A stretch of 64,000 nucleotides of DNA from the human T2T-CHM13v2.0 reference genome, Homo sapiens. Positions 1 to 21,704 of this stretch are shown here, piece by piece. Each line of letters opens with the position of its first letter. Position 1 is the first letter of the stretch. A program made the translations under genes and the position numbers. The notes below the pieces were generated by a model. It saw nothing but the letters and a program-made list of their open reading frames with translations. It did no database searches and was not told the DNA's origin. Where the stretch lies: the NCBI RefSeq assembly GCF_009914755.1, contig NC_060947.1; one strand, given 5' to 3'.

Positions 1-622
1 TTTACACTGTTGGAAAGGATGTACATTAGTTCAACCTTTGCTGAAGACAGTGTGGAGATTCTTCAAGGATCTAGGACCAGAAACAGCATTTGACCCAGAA
101 ATCCCATTACTGAGTATATACCCAAAGTTATATGAATTATATTATGAAGAGACATGCACAAGTATGTTCATTGCAGCATCATTCACAATAGCAAAGTCAT
201 GATATAAACCCAAATTCCCATCAATGATAGACTGGATAAAGAAAACATGGTACATATACACCATGGAATACTATGCAGCCATAAAAAAATGGATTATGTC
301 TTCTACCAGGACATAGATGAAGCTGGAAACCATCATCCTCAGCAAACTAACACAAGAACAGAAAACCAAACACCACGTGTTCTCACTCATAAGAGGGAGT
401 TGAACAATGAGAACACATGAACACAGGGAGGGAAACAACACACACTGAGACCTGTTGGGAGCAGGCTCAATGGGAGGGAGAGCATCAGGAAAAATAGCTA
501 ATGCATGTGGGGCTTAAAACTGAGATGACAGGTTGATAGGTACAGCAAACTATGATGGCACATGTATACCTATGTAACAAAACTGAACATTCTGCACATG
601 TATCCCAGAACTTGAGGTAAAA

Positions 623-653
<31 letters not shown>

Positions 654-660
654 ATAGAAA
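1..660 (+). mobile_element. LINE-1 3' end (older L1PA-like), cut by the window edge, with (TAAA)n tail
   Basis: ORF2 C-terminus and 3'UTR motifs (catatacaccatggaatactatgcagccataaaa; gttctcactcataag), ending in (taaa)n at ~621-656. Confidence 0.9.
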
Positions 661-689
661 TAAAATTGTACTCTTAGATTACACCAGGC

Positions 690-2020
690 ATACAAATCAA
701 CTCAAAATACATTAAAGACTCAAACATATGACCTGAAATTATAAAACTCTTGAAAAAAAACATAGGGGACATTTCTCAACATTGGCTTTGGCAATGATTT
801 TGTGCATGTACAACTAAAACCACAGACAATACAAGCAAAAAATATACAAATAGGATTACATCAAACTAAGAAGCTTCTGTACAGCAAATGAGATGACAAA
901 CAAAATATAAAAACAAACCATAGAATGGGAGAAAATACTTTGAACCATTTATCTGCCAAGAGATTAATATCAAAAAAGTGTAAGAGACTCTTAAATCTTA
1001 ATAGTAAGAAGAAACAGAAAAAAAACTGATTAAAGAAATAGGCCAAGGACTTGAAAACATATTTATATAAGGAAGACATATCAATGGTCAATGGGTATAT
1101 AAAATGGTGCTCAGCATCACTTATTATCAGGGAAATGCAAATCAAAATCACAATAAGCTATTACTTCACACCTGTTAGGATGGCTGTATTAAAAAAAACA
1201 TACAAAAGGTAAAAAGTGTAGGCAATGATGTGAAGAAAATGAACCCTTGTACATTGTTGGTAAAAAAAAGTAAATTTGTGCAGCTACTATAGAAAACAGA
1301 ATAGAGCCTTTTAAAAGTTTAAAATGGAACTATAATATGATTCAGTAATCCCAAGTCTGAGTATATAGCTAAAGGAATTTAAATAAAAATCTCAAAGAAA
1401 ACTTCATTCCCACGTTCATTGCAGCATAATTCACAATAGCCAAGACAGAGGAGCAAGCTAAATGTCCATTCATGAGGTGATATATAAAGAAAATAGGGTA
1501 CTGCCTATACCTATAATAGAATATTATTCAGTTTTGGAAAATAAGAAACTCCTGCCATTTGTTACAACATGGATAAAATTGCAGGAAGTTAGTCTAATGT
1601 CCTTCTAAATAATACCACTTATATGATAAATCAAAAATAGTCAAACTCTTAAGAGCAAAGTGCTGGGGGCATGAGAAAATGTAGAGGTATAAGCTAAAGG
1701 TACCACAGTATTGGTTATACAAGATAAATAAGACCTAGAGACCTACTGCAGCATAGTACCTATAGTTTACAATAATATATTTTATATTTTAAAAAATTGT
1801 TAAGAGGATATATCTTATTTATTCTTATCACAAAATAGTAATAATAATAATGTAATAAAGGGGATGGGAGAAAACTTTTGGAGTTGATGGATAGGTTTAT
1901 ATTATAGATTATATTGATGTTTGCATGGGTTTATACTTATCTCCCATCTCATTAACTGGTATGCATTAAATCTATACAACTCTTTGTATGTCAATCTTTC
2001 CTAAATAAAGCACTTTAAAA
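690..2020 (+). mobile_element. Old L1M (L1MA/MB-type) ORF2 end and 3'UTR
   Basis: Diverged ORF2 motifs (aaatcaactcaaaa..., gggaaatgcaaatcaaaatcaca) followed by an L1M-type 3'UTR. Confidence 0.8.
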
Positions 2021-2179
2021 AATTAAAATAGCAATAATTACTTTTTTATTCTTTGAAACAAATGAAAGAAAATTAGTCTTAAGTAAATCAAGGTATAATG
2101 CCATAAATATAAAAATGGAACTGTTTTCTAGAATATTGTTTTCTGGAATACAACTAGCTCCTTATTTTGAAAAAAAATG

Positions 2180-4115
2180 CATTCTATTCAACGTAATACT
2201 GGAAGTCCTAGATAGAGCAGTCAGGCAAGGAAAATAAATAAAAGGCATTCAAATTAGAAAAGAGAAAGTCAAATTATCTCTGTCCATTGATGACATAATA
2301 ATATACTTAGACAACTCTGAAGACTCCTCCAGAAGACTCCTGGAACATATAAAATATTTTAGTAAAGTTTCAGGATACAAAATCAATGTGCTTTTCTGTA
2401 CACCGATAATCTTCAAGCTGAAAACCAAATTAAGAACTCAATACTATTTACAACTGGCACACACAAAAAATCAAATTGCTAGGAATACATGTAACCAATG
2501 AGGTGAAAGATCTCTACAAGGACAACTACAAAACAATGCTGAAAGAAATTATAGATGACAGAAACTAAGGGAAGAAACATTTCATCCTCATAGATTGAAA
2601 AAAATAAATATAATAGAAATGACTTCACTGCCCAAAAAAATCTATATATTCAACACATTCTCAATCAAATTACCAATTACCATTTTTATTTTTCACAGGA
2701 TTGGAAAAGTTCTTAAGTTCATATAAAACCAAAAAAAAACTTTAATAGCCAAAACAATCCCAAGCAAAAAGAACAAATATGGAGACAGGACACTGCCTTA
2801 CCTCAAATTATACTACAATACTATAGTAACTAAAACAGCATAGTACTGGAAAAAAAAAAACAGACACATAGATGAATGGTACAGAATGAAGAATGCCTAA
2901 ATAAAGCCATACGCCTACAACCAAGTGATCCTTGACAAATTTCACACAAATAAGCAATAGGGAAAAGACAGCCTATTCAGTAAATGGTGCTGAGAAAATT
3001 AACCATATGCAGCAGAATTAAACCAGACCCCTATCTCTCACCATATTCAAAAAGTAACTCAAGATCAACTAAATGCTTAAATGTATGACCTGAAAATATA
3101 AAATTTTATGAGAATATCTAGGAAAAACACTTCTGGGCATTGATCTAGGCAAATAATTGGTGATAAAGACCCTACTAAAAGCAAATGCAACAACAAAGAA
3201 AAATAGACAAATTGAACTTAATTAAACTAAAAAGCTGCATACCAAAATAAATAGTCAACAGAGTAAAAGGACAACATACAGAATAGCAGAAAATGTATGC
3301 AAATTATGCCCATGGCTAAAGACTAATATCCAAGATCTACAAGAAACGCAAACACCTCAACAACAACAAAAAAAGAAAGCCCATTCAAAACTAGGAAAAG
3401 GACATGAACCGACTTTTTTTTTCAAAAGAAGACATACAAGCATCTGAGAAACACATGAAAAAATGCTTAACATTGCTAATCATCAGATAAATTGAAATTA
3501 AAAACACAGTGAGATATCTTACACTAGTTAGAATGACTACTGTTAAAAAGCAAAAAACAACAGAGACTGGCAAAGCTGCGGAGAAAAAAAGAATACTTAT
3601 ACATTGTTGGGATTGTAAATTAGTTCAAAGTCCATAGAAAACAGTATGTTGATTGCTCAAAGACTAAAGACAGAATTGCCATTTAACCCAACAATCTAAT
3701 TACTGGGTTTATACCCACAGGAAAATAAATTGTTCTACCAAAAAGACACCCACACTCATATGTTAATCACAGCACTATTCTCAATAGCAAATACATGGAA
3801 TCAATTTAACTGTTCATCAATATTGACTGGACTAATCCGGACACTGAAAATTAAATACTGCATGTTCTCACTTATAAATGGGAGCTAAACAATGGATACA
3901 CATGGACATTAAGATGAAAATAATAGTCACTAGAGACTCCAAAATGAAAGAATAATGGGAGGGGCTAAGTGTTGAAAAACAATTTATCAGGTAAAATATT
4001 CACTATTTGGGTAATGGGTACACTAGAATCCCAATCCCCACCAATACATGATATACCAATATAACAAACATGCACATATATCTACTGAATCTAGAATAAA
4101 ATAAAAATTTAAAAA
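2180..4115 (+). mobile_element. 5'-truncated L1 (L1PB/L1MA-type)
   Basis: Starts in the RT region (tattcaacgtaatactggaagtccta), runs through the 3'UTR to an A-rich tail at ~4095-4115; internal deletion near 3835. Confidence 0.85.
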
Positions 4116-4164
4116 GTAAAACATGTAGTTTATTGTCATTGAATGTCAATTGTACTCAAACTAC

Positions 4165-4685
4165 AGTTAGTGTTTCATTCCAGATATTGGTGATTTCTGT
4201 GTTCTTGTTTGTTAGTCTTTTTCTTTTCCCCTTTGGCCTCTCTTGACATTTGTAAATTGTATTAAATTTGGTGAGAAATCGCTTTTTGTTTCATTAATTT
4301 GCTCTGTTGATTACATTGTTTCAATTTAGTTTCTGTTATTTTCTCTATTGTTTCATTTTTCTGCTTGCTTAGAATTTATTTTGGTCTTCTTTTAATAACT
4401 TCTTAATGTGAGAGAGTGGATTTTTGATTTGAGACTTTACCTTTTGGTTGATGTAAGAATGTAATGGTACACATTTTCTTTTCAGCACTGCCTTAGCTGT
4501 GTACCACCAATTTTGATATGTTTAAGTTTAAATCAACTGAATGTATATTTTGATTTTTTTTCTTGAGACTTCATTTTTTACTCATAGATCATTTTGAAGA
4601 ATGTTATTTAGTTTTTAAATACATGAAGATTTTCCTGATATCTTTCTGTTGATTTCTAGGTTGATTCCATTGTGGTCAAAGAACT
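4165..4685 (-). mobile_element. Old L1M ORF2 (endonuclease-side) fragment
   Basis: T-rich antisense ORF2 motifs (gcactgccttagctgt..., gattccattgtggtc). Confidence 0.65.
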
Positions 4686-6150
4686 CCTGTTCAACAGAGT
4701 ACTGGAAGTCCTAGCCAGACCAATCAGGAAAGAGAAATAAATGAAATCACTTCACCCATCTTTAAAATATACTATAAGGCTACAGTAAACAAAACAACAT
4801 GGTACTGACACAAAAAGAGATACATACACCAATGGAACAGAATAGAGAACCCCAAAATAAAGTCTCACACCTATAGCCATTTAATCTTTGACCAAGTTGA
4901 CAAAGAAAAGAAAGGGCGAATGGATTACCTAATCAATTAACAGTGCTGAGATAGCTGGCTAGTCATATCTAGAAGAATGAAACTGAACCCCCTACCTTTT
5001 ACCGTATACAAAAATTAACTCAAGATGGATACAAGACTTAAATATAAGACTGGAAACTGTAAGAATTCTAGCAGAAATCCTAGAAAATACTATTCTGGAC
5101 ATGGGCCCTAGAAAAGATTTCATAATGAAGACTCCAAAGTAATTGTGACAAAAACAAAAATTTACAAGTGGAAGCTAATTAAACCAAAGAGCTTCTGCAC
5201 AGCAAGAGAAACTATCAACAGAGTAAAATGAAATCTCATGTAATGGGAGAGCATATTTGGAAATTATGCATCTGACAAAGGTCTAATATACAGACTATAT
5301 AAGGAACTTAAATTTACAAGCAAAAAACAACCCCATTAAAAAGTGGACGAAAGACATGAACAGACACTTTTCAAAAGAAGACATATAAGTGGCCAATAAA
5401 CATATGAAAAAATGCTCAGCATCACGAATCATTAGAGAAATGTAAACTAAAACAGCAATGAGATACCATCTCCCACCGGTCAGAATGACTATCACCAAAA
5501 ACAAAAAATAGCAGATGCTTGCAAGGCTGTGAAGAAAAGGGAACACTTGTACACTCTTGTAGTGAATGAAAATCAGTTAAGCCACTGTAGAAAACAGTTT
5601 GGATATTTCTCAAAGTATTTAAAATAGAACTTCCATTTAGGCCAGTATTCTTATTGCTGGGTATATATCCAAAAAATAAATTATTTTACCAGAAAGACAC
5701 ATGCACTTGTACGTTCATGATATTAATAGCACTATTCAAAACAGCAAAGACATGGAATATTGAGTAAAAAAGATACATATTCACCACAGAATACTATGCA
5801 GCCATAAAAAGATGAAATCATGTCTTTTGCAGCAACATGGAGGCACCTGGAAGCCATAATCCTAAGTGAGTTCATGCAGAAACAGAACACCAAACACTAC
5901 ATGTCCTCTCTAATTGGAAGTTAAACATTGGGTAATTGACACAAAGATGACAACAATAGAAACTGGGGACTTGTAAAGGGAGGTAGGAGGGAGGGGGGAA
6001 GGGTTGAAAAACTACCTCTTGGGTTTTATGCTTACTACCTGGGTGATGGGATCAATCATACCCCAAACCTCAGCATCATGCAATATACCCATGTAATAAA
6101 TCTGCCATGTACTACTGAATCAAAGATAAAAGTCGAAATTATAAAAAAAA
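4686..6150 (+). mobile_element. 5'-truncated L1 (old L1PA/L1PB-type) with internal deletions
   Basis: ORF2 motifs, a jump at ~4750, 3'UTR (ccccaaacctcagcatcatgcaatataccc) and A tail. Confidence 0.85.
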
Positions 6151-6193
6151 TCAGTTATTGTATTGCTCAGCTTCAAGATTTTTGCTTGATTCT

Positions 6194-12685
<6,492 letters not shown>

Positions 12686-12762
12686 TGCTTGATTCTTTCA
12701 TATGTTTTTTATCTTTCTTGTGCTTTTCATTTTATTCCTGTATTGCTTTTTATTAAAAAAAA

Positions 12763-15051
12763 GTTTTTTAACTTTTATTTTTAGTTCAGGTGTACAAGTG
12801 CAGGTTAGTTACATAGGTAAACTCGTGTCATGGAGATTTGTTATATAGATTATTTCATCATCCATGTGTTAAGCCATTAGTAGTTTTCCTTGATACTCTC
12901 CTTAGTAGCTTTCCTTGATACTCTCCCTCTTCCCACGCTCCAACCTACAAAAGTCCCTTGTGTGTTTTCTTCTCCCCATGTGTCTATGTGTTATCATTAA
13001 CTCTCACTTATAAATGAGAACATGTGGTATTTGGTTTCCTGTTGCTGTATTAGTTTGCTAAGAATGATGGGCCACAGCTTCATTTATGTCTTTGCAGAGG
13101 ACATAATCTCATTCTCTTTTATGGCTGCATAGAATTCCATGGAGTATGTTTACCACATTTTCTTTATTCACTGTATCATTGATGGACATTTAGGTTGACT
13201 TTGTCTTTGCTATTGTGAATAGTGCTGCAATGAACATACATAAGCATGTCTCTTTGTAATAGAATTATTTATATTCCTTTGTTTATATACTCAGTAATTG
13301 AACTGTTGAGTCAAACGGAATTTCTGTCTTTAGGTCTTTGAGGAACCATCACACTCTTTTCCACAATGGTTGAATTAATTTACACTCCCATCAACAGTGT
13401 ATAAGCATTCCTTTTTATTCACAATCTCACCAGCATCTGTTATTTTTTGACCTTTCAATAGTAGCCATTCTGACTGGTATTAGATGATATCTCATTGTCA
13501 TTCTGATTTGTATTTCTCTAATAATCAGTGATGTTGAGGATTTTTTTCTTATGATTGTTGGCCACATATATTACTTCTTTTGAAAAGTGTCTGTTCATGT
13601 CCTTCCTTCACTTTTTATAGGATTGTTTGTTTTTTTTCTTGTAAATTTGTTTAAGTTCCTTATAGATGGTGAATATTAGACCTTTGTCAGATGCATAGTC
13701 TGCAAACATTTTTCTCCCATTCTGTAGGTTGTCACTTCACTCTGATGATAGTTTACTAAACCGTGCATAAGTTCTTTAGTTTAATTAGATCCTGTTTGTT
13801 AATTTTTGCTTTTGTTGCAATTGCCCTTTGTGTCTTTGTCATAAAATATTTGCCCGTGCCTATGTCCTGAATACTTTGCCTACATTGTCTTCCAGGGTTT
13901 TTATAGTTTTGGGCTTTACATTTAAGTATTTAATCAATCTTGAGTTAATTTTCTTATAAGGTGTAAGGAAGGGGTTCAGTTTCTATCTTCTGCATATGGC
14001 TAGCCAATTATCTCAGCACCATTTGTTGTTGAATAGAGAATCCTTTCCCCATTGCTTGATTTTCTCAGCTTTGTTGAATATTGGATGGTTGTAGGTGTAC
14101 AGTCTTATTTCTGGGATTTCTATTCTTATCCTTTGGTCCATGTGTCTGTTTTTGTTACAGTACCATGCTGTTTGGGTTACCATAGCCCTGTAGTATAGTT
14201 TGAAGTTTGGTAGTATGATGCCTCCAACTTTACTCTTTTTGCTTAGGATTGCCTTGGCTACTCAGGTTCTTTTTTGTTTTCATATGAATTTTAAAATATT
14301 TTTTTTCCTAGCTCTATAAAGAATGTTAATTTTAGTTTAATGGGCATAGCATTGAATTTGTAAATTTCTTTGGGAAGTATGGCCATTTTAACAGTATTGA
14401 TTTTTTTCTGTTCATGAGTTTGGAATGTTTACCCATTTGTTTGTGTCATCTTTGATTTTTTTTTTTTTTGAACAGTGGTTTGTAATTCTCCTTATAGAGA
14501 TCTTTTACCTCCACAGTTACTTGTATTTCTAGATATTTTATTCTTTTTGTGGCAGTTGTGAATGGGAGTTTGTTCCTGATTTGGCTATCAGCTTGACTCT
14601 GTTGGTGTATAGGAATGCTAGTAATTTTTGCACATTGATTTTGTATCCTGAGACTTTGCTAAAGTTGTTTTTCAGCTTATGAAGCTTTTTGGCTGAGACT
14701 GTGGAGTTTTCTATATAGAGGATTATGTTATCTGCAGATAGGGATAGCTTGACTTTCTCTCTTCCTATTTGAATGTCTTTATTCTCCTTGTCTTGCCTGA
14801 TTGTCCTGGCCAGAACTTCCAAAAATATGTCATATAGGAGTGTTGACAGATGGCATCTTTGTCTTGTGGTTCTTTTCAAGGGGAATGTTTCCAGATTTTG
14901 TCCATTCAGTATGATGTTGGCTGTGGGTGTGTCATAGACAGCTCTTATTATTCTGAGGTATGTTCCTTCAGTACCTAGTTTATTGAGAGTTTTTAACAGG
15001 AATGTATGTTGAGTTTTATCAAAAGTCTTTTCTGTGTCTATTGAGATAATC
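12763..15051 (-). mobile_element. 5'-truncated older L1PA (about PA8-PA13 type)
   Basis: 3' end tttttaacttttatt...ggtaaactcgtgtcatgg; ORF2 RT remnant within ORF 14538-15125 ([14 protein letters not shown]). Confidence 0.9.
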
Positions 15052-17328
15052 CAGCAACACTTTATGAATAAAACTCTCAGCAAAATTAGCAAAGAATTGA
15101 CACACCTTAATGTAATAAAAGCCAACTATGACAAACCCACAGCCAACATAATACTGAGTGGAAAAAAGTTGGAAGCATTTCCTCTGAGAACTTGAACAAG
15201 ACAAGGATGCCTACCCTCACCATTCCTCTTCAACATAATACTGAATGTCCTAGCCAAAGCAATCAGACAGGAGAAAGAAATAAAGGGCACCAAAGTCAAT
15301 ACAGAGTAAATCAAACTGTAACTCTTTTCCGATGACATAATTGTTTACCTTGAAACCCCTAAAGACACCTCCAGAAAGCTACTAGAACTGATAAAAGAAT
15401 TCAGCAAAGTTTCTGGATACAAGATTAATGTACAGAAATCAGTAGCTCTTCTATATACCAAGAGCGAACAAGCAGAAAATCAGATCAAGAACTCAACCCC
15501 TTTTACAATAGCTGCAGAAAAAAAAAATACTTAGGAATATAACTAACCAAGGAGGCAAAATACCCCTACAAGGAAACCTATAAAACTCTGCTGAAAGGAA
15601 TCATAAACAACACAAAAAATTGTAAACACATCCCATGCTCATGAATGGGTGGAATCAATATTGTAAAAATGACCATACTGCCAAAAGAAATCTACAAATT
15701 CAATGTGATCTCCATTAACATACAACGATCATTCTTTCAGAATTAGAAAAAAACAATTCTAAAATCCATATGGAACCAAGAAAGAACCTGCATAGTCAAA
15801 GCAAGACGAAGCAAAAAGAACAAATCTGCAGGCATCACACAACCTGATTTCAAACTTTACTATAAGGCCATAGTCACCAAAACAGCATCATACTGGTATA
15901 AAAATAGGCACATAGACAAATTGAACTACATAGAGAACCAAAAAATAAACCCAAATACTTACAGCCAACTGATCTTTGACAAAGCAAACAAAAATATGCA
16001 GCCACATGCAGAAGAATGAAACTGGATCCTCATCTTTTACCTTATACAAAAAGCAACTCAAGATGAATTAAGGACTTAAATCTAAGACTTGAAACTATAA
16101 AAATTCTAGAAGTTAACATTGTAAAACTCCTTTTAGACATTGGCTTTGGCAAGGATTTCACGACCAAGTACCCAAAAGCAAATGTAATAAAAAGCAAATA
16201 TAAATAACTAGGACTTAATTAAATTAAAGAGCTTTTGCATGGCAAAAGGAACAGTTGGCAGAGTCAACAGACAACCTACAGAGCAGGAGATAATCTTCAC
16301 AATCTATACATATGACAAAGGACTAATATCCACAATCTACAAAGAACTCAAACAAATCAGCAAGAAAAAAACAAAAAATTCTATCCGAAAGTGGGCTAAA
16401 GACATGAATAGACAATTCTCAAAAGAAGACATGCAAATGTCCAACAAACATGAAAAAATGCCCAGCATCACTAATGATCGGGGAAATGCAAATCAAAACC
16501 ACAACATGATACCACGTTACTCCTGCAAGAATGGCCATAATCAAAAAATCAAAAACAGTAGATGTTGGCATGGATGTGGTAGTCAGGGAACGCTGCTATA
16601 TTGCTGGTGGGAATGTAAACTAGTACAACCACTATGAAAAACAGTGTGGAGATTTCATAAAGAACTAAAAGTAGGACTACCATTTGATCCAGCAATCCCA
16701 CTACTGGACATCTACCCAGAGGGAAAGAAGTCATTATACAAAAAAGATACTTGCACATGCATGTTTATAGCAGCAAAATTTTCAATTGCAAAATCGTGTA
16801 ATCAACACAAATCCCTATCAATCAACGAGTAGATAAAATAACAGTTTTTTTAATCCATGAGTGGATTAAAAAACTCATTGATTGATGGGCATTTGTGTTG
16901 GTTACGTATATATATGATGGAATACTACTCAGTCATACAAAGGAATGAACTAATAACATTTGCAGCAATCTGGATGAGATTGGAGATTATTACTCTAAGT
17001 GAGGTAACTCAGGAATGGAAAACCAAACATTGTATGTTCTCACTGCTTTGTGGGAGCTAAGCTATATGGATGCCAAGGCATAAGAATGATGCAATGGACT
17101 GTAGGGACTTTGGGGGAAAGGTAGGAGAGAGGTGAGAGATAAAAGACTACAAATAAAGTACAGTATGTACTGCTCGGCTGATGGGTGCACCAAAATCTCA
17201 CAAATCACCTAAAGAACTTATGTAATCAAACACCACCTGTACCCAAATAACCTACGGAAAAATTTTAAAAAATGAAAATACAATCAATTACAAGAAAAAA
17301 ATTAAAAATAAAAATAAAAGAAAAAAAC
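15048..17328 (+). mobile_element. 5'-truncated L1PB-like element
   Basis: ORF2 RT to C-terminus (aaaactctcagcaaaa..., gagctaagctat..., gatgggtgcaccaaaatctc), A-rich tail ~17290-17328. Confidence 0.9.
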
Positions 17329-17329
17329 A

Positions 17330-19290
17330 GAGTTAAAAATTGCTGGGAGTTACCATTATAACATGTGATTGATACTACTGAAAATAGATTTACATGTAAG
17401 GTGTGTAAGAACAGTAAAATGTGTTTTTTATTAAAATGTTATAAGAAGGCACAAAAGTGTGAATTTTTGCCTATAGTTAAAGGATTGTTTTAAACTAGAT
17501 AAAATAAAGCTGAGTATTCAAACAAGTGATGGAAAGATTGTGGAAATTAATCTTGCAAAATAGGTTCTCTTTGTGAACATATTGACTAAATTCAAAAGGG
17601 TAACATACGGTTTTTCTGCAAATTAAGCATTGAAATAAAAGAACAACAAGGCTTTCTTAAGGTGCTAATCTGCTTTTTGACAAAATTTGTAAAAGGTTAT
17701 AAAATATTTCTGCTTCTTTAAATTTCTGAGTCATCATTTTGGCAAAATAAATAACTTATGGTAATATGGAATTCTATTTCATAATATCAAGTGCTTTAAA
17801 TATATTTAACAAGCTTTCCAAAATCAAACTTCAGTTGCAAAATTGTCTTTTCTAACCTCTGGCTTTTTGGATACTTCAGAGGGCCCCTGAAACATTCAGA
17901 AAAGAGAGGTAGACAGGATTATTTGACATACTTAGGTACATGAAATTGCCAAAACAACGTTCGAACTTCTTTAGGTTATATTTTGGTGAATGCTAATATA
18001 CGTTCCAAAATTGTATGGGATTTCCAAAATTCTAATGTCTAAGTATAAGCTACAAGTTATAATTAAGGTTGTTATGCTAAGTTATTGTAAACCACAGACA
18101 TAACCAACTTTCTTTGTCAATTGTATTTTTAACTGTATCTACCCTGGACATTTTGCTATTCACATATAATGGTTGTTTTGTTTTATTTCTTTTTAAAAGA
18201 TGTTTTATAATAAGCTACAAAACTTTAACAGGTGCTCTCAAGTACAGGTTTCTGATAACTTTGGGAATTGTAACATCGAAATAAAGAAAAAATGTACAGG
18301 ACTCATAACGAGCTAAAGTGTTCACAAATATCAAGCAAAACAAGAGCTAACTAAATGGACTGAATTCAGGAAACTGAAGCAGTGTTTTTGACTTTTGCTT
18401 GGAATATTGCTGATCCTTGTTTTGTTTTTCAGAGTAAAGGAAACTTATTTTAAACTATTTACAGTTTTAAATGATTGAGTACTCCTGTGATCAAGATTTG
18501 GAGCATGTTTGTTTCTCTCTGCCTGGTTCCTCCAGGATTTGGAAACTATCTGTGAGTATTATTAACTCATGGCAATATAGTTGTTTGCATCAGTGTAATA
18601 AGAAGACATTTTTCTTTTGCAACAGGACACAACTGGAAGAAACTGGTTATTTTACCAAGGCTTTAACTGGAGTGTATGCTTCCCTTTAAGGAGTCAATCT
18701 CAACTTGCAAAGCCAATAAAAGCGCTGTGGGGAATCTGGCCTCGTACCCTTGTTTATGTGGTCCTTGCACAGGGTTTCTGACCTGTGGTCAGTAAGGAAT
18801 GTCACTTTCTTACAGTACCAGGAGCTCCAAGTTTATCTTGAGACCTTAAGAAAAAAGGATCACCCAACTCGGAAGTATTTAAGGTTACAAACCCATGGCT
18901 GGGCTCAGCTTTAAAAGGTCTTATCTGAGATTCCTTGTGAAACAGGCTTCCATCAAAGCCAATCCAAAAGGCCTATGTAGAAGTAATTATTCTTGCTGCA
19001 CTTTATGCAAATAATAAGGCCAAGTATAAGATTATAAAGTCTATTTTGCAAACAATTCAGTCCTATCATGATTTGTTTTATTTAACAAAAATGAGGACTG
19101 TTAAGAGAAAAATCATGTTTTAAAACATATTTGTCATTAAATTCTAAACTCACGAGTTTTATTTAAGTTTTTGCCTACATTTTTAGATTAACCCTGCTTG
19201 TTCCTGTGAACCAACCAGCTCAGAAAGGACAAAAGGTATGGGTATTGTATGAATCTGGATGGATATTCTAGTTCTAAGTAATTATTCTGC
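17330..19290. mobile_element. ERV1-class non-coding internal sequence (MER4-group-like)
   Basis: Resembles remembered MER4-group internal consensus (tttggagcatgtttgtttctctctgcctggttcctc..., ttttaccaaggcttt); no LTR seen. Confidence 0.6.
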
Positions 19291-19712
19291 AAATACTAAT
19301 TGAAAACACAACATACCAAACCTATGAGATACAACAAAAGGAGTACTACAATGAAAGTTTACAGCTACATCACCTGCATTAAAAACCAGAAAAATTTTAA
19401 ATTAAAAATGTAATGATGCATCTTAAAGAACTACAAAAACCCAAAAGTAGTAGAAGGAAATAAATAATAAAAATTAGAACAGAAATAAATAAATTTGAAA
19501 TAAAGAGAACAATAAAAAAGATTAATAAAACAAAAATATGTTTTTTAAAGTTAAACAAAATTGACAAATATTTACCCAGACTAAGAAAAAAATAATATTC
19601 AAATACATAAAATCAGAAATGGAAAAAGAAGGCATTACAACTTATACTGCAAAAAATTTAAAGATTATTAGTGGCTACACCATGAATGACAAAATTCAAC
19701 ACCCTTTAATAA

Positions 19713-20999
<1,287 letters not shown>

Positions 21000-21289
21000 A
21001 AAAGAATGCTAAAAAAACTGAGTATAGAAGAAACATATCTCAAAATAATAAATGCCATATCCGACGGACCCACAGCATCATACTGAATGGGAAATAACTG
21101 AAATCCTTTCTCCCAAGATCTGGAACATGATAAGAATTTCGACTTTCTCTACTGCTATTCAACATGGTACTGGAAGTCCCAGCTAGGGCAATTAGAAAAG
21201 AGAAGGAAATAAAGGGCATCTAAATTTGAATGGAAGATGTAAAATTTTCTTTGTTTTCAGATAATATGACCTTGTATTTTGAAAAATAT

Positions 21290-21704
21290 TGTAATACTCC
21301 CTTGGTGCACTGCTATAAAGAAACATCTAAAACTGGGTAATTCATAAAGAAAAGAGTTTTAATGGGCTCACAGTTCTGCAGGCTGTACAGGAAGCATGAT
21401 GTTGACACATGCTCAGTTTTTGGGGAGGCCTCAGGAAACTTTCAATTATGGCAGAAGTCAAAGAGGAATCAGCACTTTACATAGCCAGAGAAGAAGCACA
21501 AAAGAAAGCAGGAGGAGGAGCTACAAACTTTTAAACAATCAAATCTCATGAGAACTTACTCACTATCCTAACAACAGTACCAAGAGGAAAGATGCTAAAC
21601 CATACAGGAGGAACTGCCTCTATGATCAAATCACCTCCCACTAGGTTCCATTGCCAACATTGGGGATTATAATTTGGGGAGGGACACAGATCTAAAGCAT
21701 ATCA
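21290..21704 (-). mobile_element. MST-type MaLR solo LTR
   Basis: tg...ca termini; ctgggtaattcataaagaaaagag...ctcacagttctgcaggctgtacaggaagcatg. Confidence 0.85.
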
